Below are positions 1 to 7,782 of a stretch of 63,832 nucleotides of DNA, in pieces. The notes beneath the pieces were generated by a model that made no database searches, was not told the DNA's origin, and saw only the letters and a program-made list of their open reading frames with translations. Position 1 is the stretch's first letter, and each line of letters begins with the position of its first letter. This stretch comes from Thermoplasmatota archaeon. GTDB taxonomy: Archaea; Thermoplasmatota; E2; DHVEG-1. Position numbers and translations under genes: made by a program. Location: positions 1 through 63,832 of the forward strand of contig JAUWBM010000002.1 in assembly GCA_030601705.1 (NCBI GenBank), read 5' to 3'.

Positions 1-533
1 CCTCCAGCAATAGCTCTACTACGTCTTTTACAATAGGCAGAAATACAGATTGACAAAATTAGATATATCAATCCTAGAAATATACTAAGTAAAATAAATC
101 CAATATAACCTGCCCAAGATTCTGGACCTACTGTTGCTGCAATGATAACTCCTCCAAAACCAAATCCAATAAAAATTGATGCGATTAATACTGAACCAAG
201 TCCAAAAAATTTTCCAAGTAATACTTCTATACGTCTAACAGGATATGATAAAACAACATATAATGCACCACTTTCTGCCTCACCAGCAATCGTTGCGAAA
301 CCAAGAATAATAGCAATTAGTGGAATTAATAAAGGAGAAATCATAAGTAACCCCATAACTGTTAATTCCATATTTCCTAATGATCCATCCAATCCTGCAC
401 CTGCCACATAAGAAAAAACAATTATTAGAAGAACAAAGATAATTGTTAAAACAATAATCCATTTATTTCTAATATTATCTGTAAATTCTTTCTTTGCAAT
501 AGTATAAATTGCCTTAGGATTTATTCCAACCAT
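1..533 (-). CDS. ABC-2 type transporter permease, truncated by window edge
   Basis: Absent from ORF track (no stop in window). Own minus-strand translation from ATG 533-531: MVGINPKAIYTIAKKEFTDNIRNKWIIVLTIIFVLLIIVFSYVAGAGLDGSLGNMELTVMG... Hydrophobic, multi-TM. Start overlaps the stop of the upstream ABC ATPase by 1 nt (TAATG). Confidence 0.7.
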   Translation of the reverse strand, partial: MVGINPKAIYTIAKKEFTDNIRNKWIIVLTIIFVLLIIVFSYVAGAGLDGSLGNMELTVMGLLMISPLLIPLIAIILGFATIAGEAESGALYVVLSYPVRRIEVLLGKFFGLGSVLIASIFIGFGFGGVIIAATVGPESWAGYIGFILLSIFLGLIYLILSICISAYCKRRSRAIAG

Positions 534-1624
534 TAAGTACCACCGTCCCCAGTAGATATCAATTTTACAAATGCCTCTTCGAGAGAAGGTTCAATTGTTT
601 TAATGCCAGCTATTTTTAACCCTGCTTTCTCAAGATTGGTAATAACTCGACTACGGACAGAAGACTCACAATTAACAAAGAGCGTGTCATCTTTTGCATC
701 AACATCCTCCACGCCTTCAAGATCACGGATTACATCTGGCACCTTTCCATTTAATCCAGGAATAGAAATTTCAAGACGTGGTTTGATTCGCAGATATTTG
801 TTCAAATTAGATATAGTATCTTCAGCAATAAGTTTACCTTTATCGATTATTGCAACTCTATCACAAAGATTCTCTACCTCGGTCAAAATATGAGAAGAAA
901 AAATTACCGTGGCGCCCTTCTCATTTAACATTTTAATCTTCTCCCTAATTATTTTTACCCATCGTGCATCTAAACCTCCCATGGGTTCATCCAGAATATA
1001 AACAGAAGGATTCCCAATCGTTACTTGAGCTATACCAAGTAGTTGAACCATACCTTTTGAGAAGGTACCAACTTTCCTGTTTATAGCGTCCTCAAGTCCA
1101 ACTTCTTTTATGAGGGGTTTTACAATGGATTTATCCTCACCCTTTAACTCACAGAAAAAATTTAGTGTCTGCAAAGGAGTGAGATTCTCGAAAAATGCGA
1201 CTCTTTCCGGAAGAAAACCGATATTTTTTTTGGCTTTAATATCATCTTTTTTTATGTCGAAACCATTGATTTTAATTTCACCTGAATTGGCATGAATTAA
1301 ACTAAGTATTGCCTTTAATGTTGTAGTTTTTCCAGCTCCATTAGGGCCCAAAAAGCCAAAGATTTCTCCAGTTCTAACATTGAACGAAAGGTTATCTACC
1401 GCTGTTAAATCTTGATATTTTTTGGTAAGACCAGCAACCTCTATTGAAAAAGAATCAGTTGTTGTTTTTGATTCAGATTTTTCTTCTGGAAATGTAAATA
1501 CGCCTTTAGTATTACATTTAGGACACGTGATATGGATTTTTTCTCCAGGATTGCCCTGAATTGTACTTTCGTTTTTACAATGGGGGCACATAACTGTTTT
1601 TGTGATCATAGTTTTTAACTCCAA
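533..1624 (-). CDS. ABC transporter ATP-binding protein with N-terminal zinc-ribbon extension
   Basis: Walker A GPNGAGKTT, signature-like FSKGMVQLLG, Walker B YILDEP, H-loop SSHIL. The first ~45 aa carry CPHC...CPKC. Confidence 0.9.
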   Translation of the reverse strand: MELKTMITKTVMCPHCKNESTIQGNPGEKIHITCPKCNTKGVFTFPEEKSESKTTTDSFSIEVAGLTKKYQDLTAVDNLSFNVRTGEIFGFLGPNGAGKTTTLKAILSLIHANSGEIKINGFDIKKDDIKAKKNIGFLPERVAFFENLTPLQTLNFFCELKGEDKSIVKPLIKEVGLEDAINRKVGTFSKGMVQLLGIAQVTIGNPSVYILDEPMGGLDARWVKIIREKIKMLNEKGATVIFSSHILTEVENLCDRVAIIDKGKLIAEDTISNLNKYLRIKPRLEISIPGLNGKVPDVIRDLEGVEDVDAKDDTLFVNCESSVRSRVITNLEKAGLKIAGIKTIEPSLEEAFVKLISTGDGGT

Positions 1625-1860
1625 TAATTGGGTTGTCCGAATGTATTAATGGTTAATTAATTCTGTTGAGTAATTAATATTCATGTATGATGTATCAAGA
1701 TTGGTGCCGTTCATAAAAAGGAGATTATATACCTAATAACACATAAGAGAAATCTATTTAAATTAGTTGTTAATGCAGATACTCGCAAATGAACATAAAC
1801 AAAGGTTTTACGGCGTCATTCGAACCTTTGAAACTTTTTGTTTTCGTTCTTTTGTTATGA

Positions 1861-1884
1861 CTCAGATAATATCGTCTGAGGAGG
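1861..1884 (+). promoter_or_regulatory. 5' leader hairpin overlapping the csp ribosome-binding site
   Basis: CTCAGA (1861-1866) pairs with TCTGAG (1875-1880). The 3' arm overlaps GAGGAGG (1878-1884), 7 nt before ATG 1892. A second stem AAAGGTT/AACCTTT lies at 1801-1829. TATA-like TATTTAAATT at 1755-1764. Confidence 0.35.
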
Positions 1885-1891
1885 TTAAAAA

Positions 1892-2083
1892 ATGAAAGGA
1901 ACCGTCAAATGGTACAACGCAAGAAAAGGATACGGATTCATCGAAGGTGAAGACGGAAAGGATGTCTTTGTCCATCGATCAGCCATACCAACAGGAATAT
2001 ATATCAATGAAGGAGACAAGGTTGAATACGAGGTCGAAGAATCAGAAAGAGGACCAAACGCAAAAGACATAAAGAAGTTGTAA
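1892..2083 (+). CDS. csp: cold-shock protein (CspA family)
   Basis: 63 aa with RNP1 KGYGFI and RNP2 VFVHRS motifs and a strong SD. Confidence 0.9.
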   Translation: MKGTVKWYNARKGYGFIEGEDGKDVFVHRSAIPTGIYINEGDKVEYEVEESERGPNAKDIKKL

Positions 2084-2294
2084 ACATCCCAATTTTTAGA
2101 AATTACAGTACAGTAGTAAAACATCTCATTTCTTTTGGCTTTTTTAAACTCTCTTTTCTTTTTTTAAAAAAGTTACAAATGTTTAAATAGAAATAGGCTA
2201 TAATTCGATTAAAATCTACATATGAAAGGGATGCGCTCATTAATCAAACGTGCTTCTTGTTTCATAGGTAGAAAAACATCGAGAAGGAGAAGCA

Positions 2295-2843
2295 ATGAAG
2301 GTTGTAAAAGAGGAAGATAGGGTTAGCATATCGTGCGAAATAAAATTAGAAAATGGTGATCTCTGTTTTAAAAACGAAGAAGAAAATTACATAGAGGTAG
2401 TTGTTGGAGAAGGAAAGTTCTTTCCACTAATAGAAAACGAGTTAAAGGAAATGGAGGAGGGGGGAACAAAGACGATAACCCTTGAACCGAAGGATGCATT
2501 TGGTCCATATATAAATGATCTTGTAATGGAGGTCCCAAAGGATGTCTTTCGTTCTGATGTAGACTTGGATGTTGGTTCAAAAGTCAAGATAGACGCCCCT
2601 TCAGGAAAAACATACTACGGTACTGTTACCAATCAGAGTGAAGAGAATCTCACCTTAGATCTTAATCATCCCCTCGCAGGAAAAAAGATTATGATTACTG
2701 TAACGGTGACTTCAATAGGGGAAAAGCAACAATCTTCAACTGAAAAAAAATCTCGGTTTCCACGGTTTCAATTGAAAATATCAAAGAAGAAACAGAAAGT
2801 AAAACCGAGGAAGTCTACCGTTAACCCATTAAAGACCAAATAG
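2295..2843 (+). CDS. FKBP-type peptidyl-prolyl cis-trans isomerase (SlyD-like) with Lys-rich tail
   Basis: LDLNHPLAGKKIMITVTV matches the FKBP/SlyD C-terminal motif. Basic K-rich C-terminus. 23-nt convergent overlap with purL. Confidence 0.8.
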   Translation: MKVVKEEDRVSISCEIKLENGDLCFKNEEENYIEVVVGEGKFFPLIENELKEMEEGGTKTITLEPKDAFGPYINDLVMEVPKDVFRSDVDLDVGSKVKIDAPSGKTYYGTVTNQSEENLTLDLNHPLAGKKIMITVTVTSIGEKQQSSTEKKSRFPRFQLKISKKKQKVKPRKSTVNPLKTK

Positions 2844-5181
2844 AATGCTTCCAGTGATGCCTGATGTCATCAACACTCAGGTCAACAACTCTGTCACTAT
2901 TATCATGTATAACAACATTGTTGTCTTTTGTTGATCCGATTTTTTTAAACGGCGTATGATGTTTCATCAACAACGATTCAAACTCGCGGTATTTTTCGTG
3001 TTTCACTTCAAGTATCCATCGAGTATTTGATTCTGAAAATAACTTAAAATCAGTTCGTAAACCTGGACTGATTTGTGACATATCAATCACTGCACCAATA
3101 TCACCACCTGTTGCCATCTCTGAAAGGCAGACGCCTATACCCCCTTCACTTACATCGTGACAAGATACAATGTAATTTTTATCTATCGAAGAAAGAATTC
3201 CATTCATGCAGTTTTTGAGCATTGCTACATCAGTCTTTGGAACGTTTCCGCCATCGATTCCAAAAGCCTTATAATATTCAGAACCACCCATTTCCTTTTC
3301 AGTCTGTTTTCCTACCAAGTAGATGTGATTTCCCTCGTTTTTGAAATCTGCTGTTATACATTTTCTAATATCAGTAGCAATCCCTATACCCAGTAACTCA
3401 GGAGTTGGTGGAACTGCGGTTTTTATAGATTCGTTGTAGAAACTTACATTTCCAGATATAAATGGTAAACAAAGTGCTCTGGCCATGTCCCCAAGACCGC
3501 GGCATGCTTCATAGAATTCTCCCATACGTTCAGGTTTCTCAGGATTTCCAAAATTAAGACAATCGAGAAGGGAGTCAGGTTTAGCACCAACAGATACAAG
3601 ATTACGACAAACTTCATCAACTGCAGAACAAGCACCCCGATATGGGTTACGTTCCATAAAACGAGGGTTAACATCGGCTGTTACTGCTATTCCTCTAAAT
3701 GAGTTCTCGAGAGGTTTCAAAACAGACGCATCTCCATGGGATTCAACACCAAGTTTCCCCTGAAGTGGTTTAATGACTGTATTTCCTCGCACCTCATGAT
3801 CATACTGTCGAATTACCCATTCCTTTGAAGCAATGTTAGGGGAATCCAATAATTTTTTTAACGCGTCATTGAGATTAGGCATCTTAAAACTTTTTTCTTT
3901 TTCTTCATGTTTATCTGTCATTGGTTGAGCAAATGGCCGAGTACAATTATCATAAACGGGACCACCAGTTAAAAAATCCATGTCCATCTCAAGAATCTTC
4001 TCATCCTTGTAGAAAACACGTGTTATTTGTTCTTTTATCACTTTCCCAACAGGATTTGCAGTGACATCCCATTGTTTGCAGATGTGAAGAACTTTTTCTA
4101 CGTTTTCTGGTTTTACAAGAAACATCATACGTTCTTGACTTTCCGAGATCCAGATCTCCCAGGGATGCAGTCCTTCTTCCTTCAAGGGAATATTATCAAG
4201 ATGAATCTCTGCACCAAGACCAGCAGAATAAGCGAGTTCTCCGCAGACGCATGAAAGACCGCCGCCGCCAAAATCTTTTAACCCCTCAAGCAGCCTTTTT
4301 TTATTGCATTCAAGTGTTACATGGATAACAGGTTCTTTTGTAATTGGATCTCCGACCTGCACAGCAGACCTGCTACTTTCTTCACTTTCATCTGTAAGCT
4401 CTGCTGATGCAAATGTTACACCGTGAATACCGTCCCGGCCAGTTTTTCCACCGACATAGACATAAACATTTCCGGGGGCTTTTGCTCTGCTATGGATAAG
4501 TTCATCTTTCTTCATAACTCCAATACAGCCTACATTAACAAGGCAATTACCAGTATATCCCTCATGAAAATATACCTGACCAGACAATGTAGGAATACCG
4601 ATACGATTTCCATAGTCCCGTATGCCGTCAACCACTCCCTTGAAAAGATATCGTGGATGTTTTACCCCTTTCGATAGCTGTTCAAATGAAAGGTTTAAAG
4701 GACCAAAAAACAACGGATCGATAAATGCAATAGGTTGAGCGCCCATACAAACGACGTCTCTCACTATCCCGCCAATACCCGTAGCAGCGCCACCATATGG
4801 TTCGATAGCAGAAGGATGGTTATGTGATTCTAACGCAGCGCAATAATAATGATCATCATCAAATTCTATGACTCCTGCGTCTTCACGCGTTACTATTTTC
4901 TTTTCTTCTATACCATAAATGTATTTCTTTAATGGAACCTTTGAAGATTTATAACAACAATGTTCGGACCATGCCTGCCCAAGTGCTTGTAATTCAATGT
5001 CAGTGGGATTTCTGTGTTTGCTTTGAAAATACTCCTTGATGCGTTTCATTTCTGTTTTATCAAGTGCAAGGCCCATTTTGTCGCTTATTTCTTGTAACTG
5101 ACTATCTGTTGCAGAAAAAAGATCTATTTCACAATAATCAAACGAAACATCCTTTTTTTTAAATAAACTGCCTAAATCCAA
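2821..5181 (-). CDS. purL: phosphoribosylformylglycinamidine synthase subunit PurL
   Basis: 786 aa with ESHNHPSAIEPYGGAATGIGGIVRD and duplicated AIR-synthase-like domains. Directly downstream of purS. Confidence 0.95.
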   Translation of the reverse strand: MDLGSLFKKKDVSFDYCEIDLFSATDSQLQEISDKMGLALDKTEMKRIKEYFQSKHRNPTDIELQALGQAWSEHCCYKSSKVPLKKYIYGIEEKKIVTREDAGVIEFDDDHYYCAALESHNHPSAIEPYGGAATGIGGIVRDVVCMGAQPIAFIDPLFFGPLNLSFEQLSKGVKHPRYLFKGVVDGIRDYGNRIGIPTLSGQVYFHEGYTGNCLVNVGCIGVMKKDELIHSRAKAPGNVYVYVGGKTGRDGIHGVTFASAELTDESEESSRSAVQVGDPITKEPVIHVTLECNKKRLLEGLKDFGGGGLSCVCGELAYSAGLGAEIHLDNIPLKEEGLHPWEIWISESQERMMFLVKPENVEKVLHICKQWDVTANPVGKVIKEQITRVFYKDEKILEMDMDFLTGGPVYDNCTRPFAQPMTDKHEEKEKSFKMPNLNDALKKLLDSPNIASKEWVIRQYDHEVRGNTVIKPLQGKLGVESHGDASVLKPLENSFRGIAVTADVNPRFMERNPYRGACSAVDEVCRNLVSVGAKPDSLLDCLNFGNPEKPERMGEFYEACRGLGDMARALCLPFISGNVSFYNESIKTAVPPTPELLGIGIATDIRKCITADFKNEGNHIYLVGKQTEKEMGGSEYYKAFGIDGGNVPKTDVAMLKNCMNGILSSIDKNYIVSCHDVSEGGIGVCLSEMATGGDIGAVIDMSQISPGLRTDFKLFSESNTRWILEVKHEKYREFESLLMKHHTPFKKIGSTKDNNVVIHDNSDRVVDLSVDDIRHHWKHSIWSLMG

Positions 5182-5196
5182 CTTAACTCCCCAATA

Positions 5197-5445
5197 TTAT
5201 TTTTCTTCAATTTCTATCTTATAACTATGAATTACTGGATTGGTAAGCAAGCGCTGGCACATTTGTTCAACATCTTTTTTTACTCTATTTTTGTCTTTAC
5301 CTTCTATTAAGAGATCAAAGGTTCTAATTGTTTTAGCGTCTTTTACCTTATCAAAACCAAGCAAATGTAATGCCTTGAGCGTGTTTGCTCCTTCAGGGTC
5401 TGAAACGCCTTTTTTAAGCGTAATTGTTACTTTTGCTTCAAACAT
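5197..5445 (-). CDS. purS: phosphoribosylformylglycinamidine synthase subunit PurS
   Basis: 82 aa with the KKGVSDPEG motif, 15 nt upstream of purL. Confidence 0.9.
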   Translation of the reverse strand: MFEAKVTITLKKGVSDPEGANTLKALHLLGFDKVKDAKTIRTFDLLIEGKDKNRVKKDVEQMCQRLLTNPVIHSYKIEIEEK

Positions 5446-5494
5446 TATAATCTGTGCGCAAAATCTTAGAATGTATTGATTAAGTTATCGCTTT

Positions 5495-6037
5495 TCAAAG
5501 TTTTTGTAAAACTTCGTCAACTTGCTTTCGAAATTCATCAATACTTCCTTCATTTGGAATAACAATATCAGCTGATGCAATGACATCACCAATGCCCCAC
5601 CGTAGCTCTCTTTTGTCTCGTTCTTCTACATTTTTTATATCCTTGCTATCATCTTTTCTTCCACGAGATAGAGCACGTTTTTTTCTTAACCCATCAGGGG
5701 CGTTGATAGCAATAATGGCAAAATCGTTGCTTAATTTTTTTTTAAAAAAATTAATCTCTTCAACATTACGTATTCCATCAACAACAATATAATCTGTTTT
5801 GTTGAGTGATTTAATCTTATCAACTGTTCTTTGTGCCCATATGTCTTTACCGTATTTATCACGCATGCTATTAGCTACTTCTCCAACGTTTTTGTCATTC
5901 AGTTCTAGTCCTTGATTTTTTGTCTCTGCCCAAATCATATCTCCCATTCTAATTACTTGGATTCCTTTGTCTTTTGCAATGCGTACAGCTTCTGATTTTC
6001 CTGAGCATGGCATTCCTGTAAATGCTACTATTTTCAT
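5495..6037 (-). CDS. P-loop nucleotide kinase-like protein (archaeal UPF0200 / dephospho-CoA-kinase-like)
   Basis: MKIVAFTGMPCSGKSE P-loop. I place the start at the second in-frame Met (6037) rather than ORF-track 6058, which would abut the tRNA 3' end. Confidence 0.6.
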   Translation of the reverse strand: MKIVAFTGMPCSGKSEAVRIAKDKGIQVIRMGDMIWAETKNQGLELNDKNVGEVANSMRDKYGKDIWAQRTVDKIKSLNKTDYIVVDGIRNVEEINFFKKKLSNDFAIIAINAPDGLRKKRALSRGRKDDSKDIKNVEERDKRELRWGIGDVIASADIVIPNEGSIDEFRKQVDEVLQKL

Positions 6038-6108
6038 CTTTTCACAACTAGCATACAAATTAGTGCAGGGGGAGCGATTTGAACGCTCGAAGACCTACGT
6101 CACAGGGT

Positions 6109-6465
6109 TTCTTAGTGTTAAGGCATGGAACATGCCCAAATTTGGGCTATTCTCTGATTTTTATGCGGGGACTTTTTATTGTAACCGGTTACCAAAACGC
6201 TCCCATCATTTCTTAAACTTCTAAGATGCGTTCTCACGGTCGAAGCTGAAAGATCTAGAGAGTATGCTATATCACGAACAGTCATATTTCTCTTCTTCAT
6301 CATCTCTAATGTTTTCCTGGCTGGTATAACGTTATATTGATGGTTCCATCAGCTCCTATGGCGCCTTCGTCAATTATCGCTTGAACGATTATCGCCATTG
6401 CGGCATCCTTATTGTTTTTCGCCATTTTCAATATTCTATTCATTTAGTCCATGCCTCAAAGCACA
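6109..6465 (-). other. tRNA intron (bulge-helix-bulge type), 357 nt
   Basis: RNA sense: ...CAGGG CUUA GG|U GUG CUUU GAGGCAUGG ... CCAUGCCUU AA CAC UAAG AA|A CCCUG. There are two 3-nt bulges flanking the 4-bp helix CUUA/UAAG, an outer helix GUG/CAC, and a 9-bp closing helix. Confidence 0.8.
6118..6303 (-). CDS. intron-borne small winged-helix/HTH protein (hypothetical)
   Basis: 61 aa. TVRDIAYSLDLSASTVRTHLRSLRNDGSV fits an ArsR/MarR-like HTH. Lies entirely inside the tRNA-Leu intron on the tRNA strand. Preceded by a 39-aa ORF (6306-6425) in another frame. Confidence 0.35.
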   Translation of the reverse strand: MMKKRNMTVRDIAYSLDLSASTVRTHLRSLRNDGSVLVTGYNKKSPHKNQRIAQIWACSMP

Positions 6466-6569
6466 CCTAAGCCCTGCCCCTTTGACCGCTCGGGTACCCC
6501 TGCAGGTTTTTAGATCCTTAATATACATAGCACTCAAAAATCTTTTTAAAGAAGTTTTCTTAATCCGAT

Positions 6570-6806
6570 CTACTTTTTCATTCCTTTGATAAGAATACGT
6601 TCGCCATATTTTGTATAGCAATTAGAACAAAATTTACGTGCAATGAGTGAATGAATATGTTCTTCTACTCCTTCTTCCAAATAATAAATCTCATCTGGAG
6701 CTATCTTACTGTCGCAATTAGTACAAACAGTAGGAAATTTTGATTGTTTTTTAACTAAGCGGGTTTCAATTTCCATTTCTGTCATACGATCTCCCCATAT
6801 CTTCAT
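6570..6806 (-). CDS. small zinc-ribbon protein (hypothetical)
   Basis: 78 aa with two CxxC pairs (CTNC, CSNC). Confidence 0.5.
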   Translation of the reverse strand: MKIWGDRMTEMEIETRLVKKQSKFPTVCTNCDSKIAPDEIYYLEEGVEEHIHSLIARKFCSNCYTKYGERILIKGMKK

Positions 6807-6870
6807 TTATCATGGTCTTTATAATCTTTTCTTTCTTGAATCTTGACTCGATAACATTTATAAAGGAAAT

Positions 6871-6880
6871 CCTTATATTA
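6871..6880 (+). promoter_or_regulatory. TATA-like box upstream of initiator tRNA
   Basis: CCTTATATTA centred about 32 nt upstream of tRNA position 1 (6908), preceded by the purine-rich BRE-like AAAGGAAAT. Confidence 0.35.
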
Positions 6881-6907
6881 CAAAAAATCGTGGATATTTT
6901 AGTAAAT

Positions 6908-6982
6908 AGCGGGGTGGGGTAGTCAGGAAATCCCGACGGGCCCATAACCCGTAGATCAGTGGTTCAAATCCACTCCCCGCTA
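6908..6982 (+). tRNA. initiator tRNA-Met (CAU)
   Basis: AGCGGGG-TG-GGGTAGTCAGGAAATCCC-G-ACGGG-CCCATAA-CCCGT-AGATC-AGTGG-TTCAAAT-CCACT-CCCCGCT-A. A1:U72 pair and G29G30G31:C39C40C41 are archaeal initiator hallmarks. No encoded CCA. Confidence 0.9.
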
Positions 6983-7037
6983 CTCTTTTCTCATTTTAGC
7001 ACCAGATTTATAAACCAGAGTTTTTCTCCATAATCTT

Positions 7038-7778
7038 GTGAAAAGTGGTTATAAAGAGAGATTTTGGGAAATTGATTTCATACGCGGAATAGCAATCAGT
7101 ATGGTGATTTTTTTCCATATTCTTATCGATCTCAACTTTTTTAATATCTATAAAATTAATGTCTTTTCAGGTGTTACGTTACCCATTGCATACACTGTCG
7201 CCACGACATTCTTATTGCTTGTCGGTATGTCGTTGACACTGAAATTTTCAAAAATTAAGTATACTCCATCAAAAAAAGGGGAGCGATTGAAAATTATTCT
7301 CCGCGGATTGGAAATTTTTGGAATCGGGCTTTTGATCACTCTCGTCACATGGCTTTATTTAGGCGAAGGTTTCATTATCTTTGGGGTGCTTCATTGTATT
7401 GGTATATCAATCATTTTTTCCATTCCTTTTCTAACATTTCGTGTACAAAATCTCATTTTAGGATTGGTGTTTATTTTTCTTGGACTCATCCTCAAAACGT
7501 TCACAGTTGATTTTTACTGGTTGGCATGGTTAGGATTCAAACCAACCACCTTTTACACCGTTGATTATTATCCTCTGTTACCTTGGTTTGGTGTCGTATT
7601 AATTGGCATATTCTTAGGAAACAGTTTGTATCCAGAAGGTAAAAGAAGGTATGCTGTAAAAGACCGTTCAACGGTAAAAATCGTAAGTTTTTCCTGTTTC
7701 CTAGGAAGACATACCTTGATTATTTATCTCATTCATCAACCAATAATAGTAGGACTTATCTACATCCTATTCCTATAA
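7038..7778 (+). CDS. DUF1624 / heparan-alpha-glucosaminide N-acetyltransferase-like membrane protein
   Basis: GTG start. ERFWEIDFIRGIAISMVIFFHIL matches the family N-terminal motif. Multi-TM. Confidence 0.65.
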   Translation: MKSGYKERFWEIDFIRGIAISMVIFFHILIDLNFFNIYKINVFSGVTLPIAYTVATTFLLLVGMSLTLKFSKIKYTPSKKGERLKIILRGLEIFGIGLLITLVTWLYLGEGFIIFGVLHCIGISIIFSIPFLTFRVQNLILGLVFIFLGLILKTFTVDFYWLAWLGFKPTTFYTVDYYPLLPWFGVVLIGIFLGNSLYPEGKRRYAVKDRSTVKIVSFSCFLGRHTLIIYLIHQPIIVGLIYILFL

Positions 7779-7782
7779 ATGG

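Larger units (their letters stand above)
6064..6503 (-). tRNA. tRNA-Leu(UAG), class II, interrupted by a 357-nt intron at 37/38
   Basis: 5' exon (revcomp 6466-6503): GCAGGGGTACCCGAGCGGTCAAAGGGGCAGGGCTTAGG. 3' exon (revcomp 6064-6108): ACCCTGTGACGTAGGTCTTCGAGCGTTCAAATCGCTCCCCCTGCA. Acceptor GCAGGGG/CCCCTGC, anticodon stem CAGGG/CCCTG, loop CTTAGGA, variable arm T-GAC-GTAG-GTC-TTC, T arm GAGCG-TTCAAAT-CGCTC, discriminator A. Canonical BHB at both junctions. Confidence 0.85.

Noticed and set aside
142-462. ORF-track ORFs 142-411(+) and 280-462(-)
   Set aside because: The first lies antisense to the clearly hydrophobic ABC-2 permease frame that reads continuously from 533 to the window edge, and the second is out of frame with it on the same strand. 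Their translations are low-complexity.
6109-6465. C/D box sRNA inside the tRNA intron (as in some tRNA-Trp introns)
   Set aside because: A C-box-like AUGAUGA exists at the ORF start, but there is no CUGA D box anywhere downstream of it in the intron. The only CUGA lies upstream.
6398-6621. ORFs 6398-6589(+) and 6436-6621(-)
   Set aside because: They overlap the tRNA-Leu 5' exon, its promoter region and the intron 5' end. Their translations have no protein-like features.
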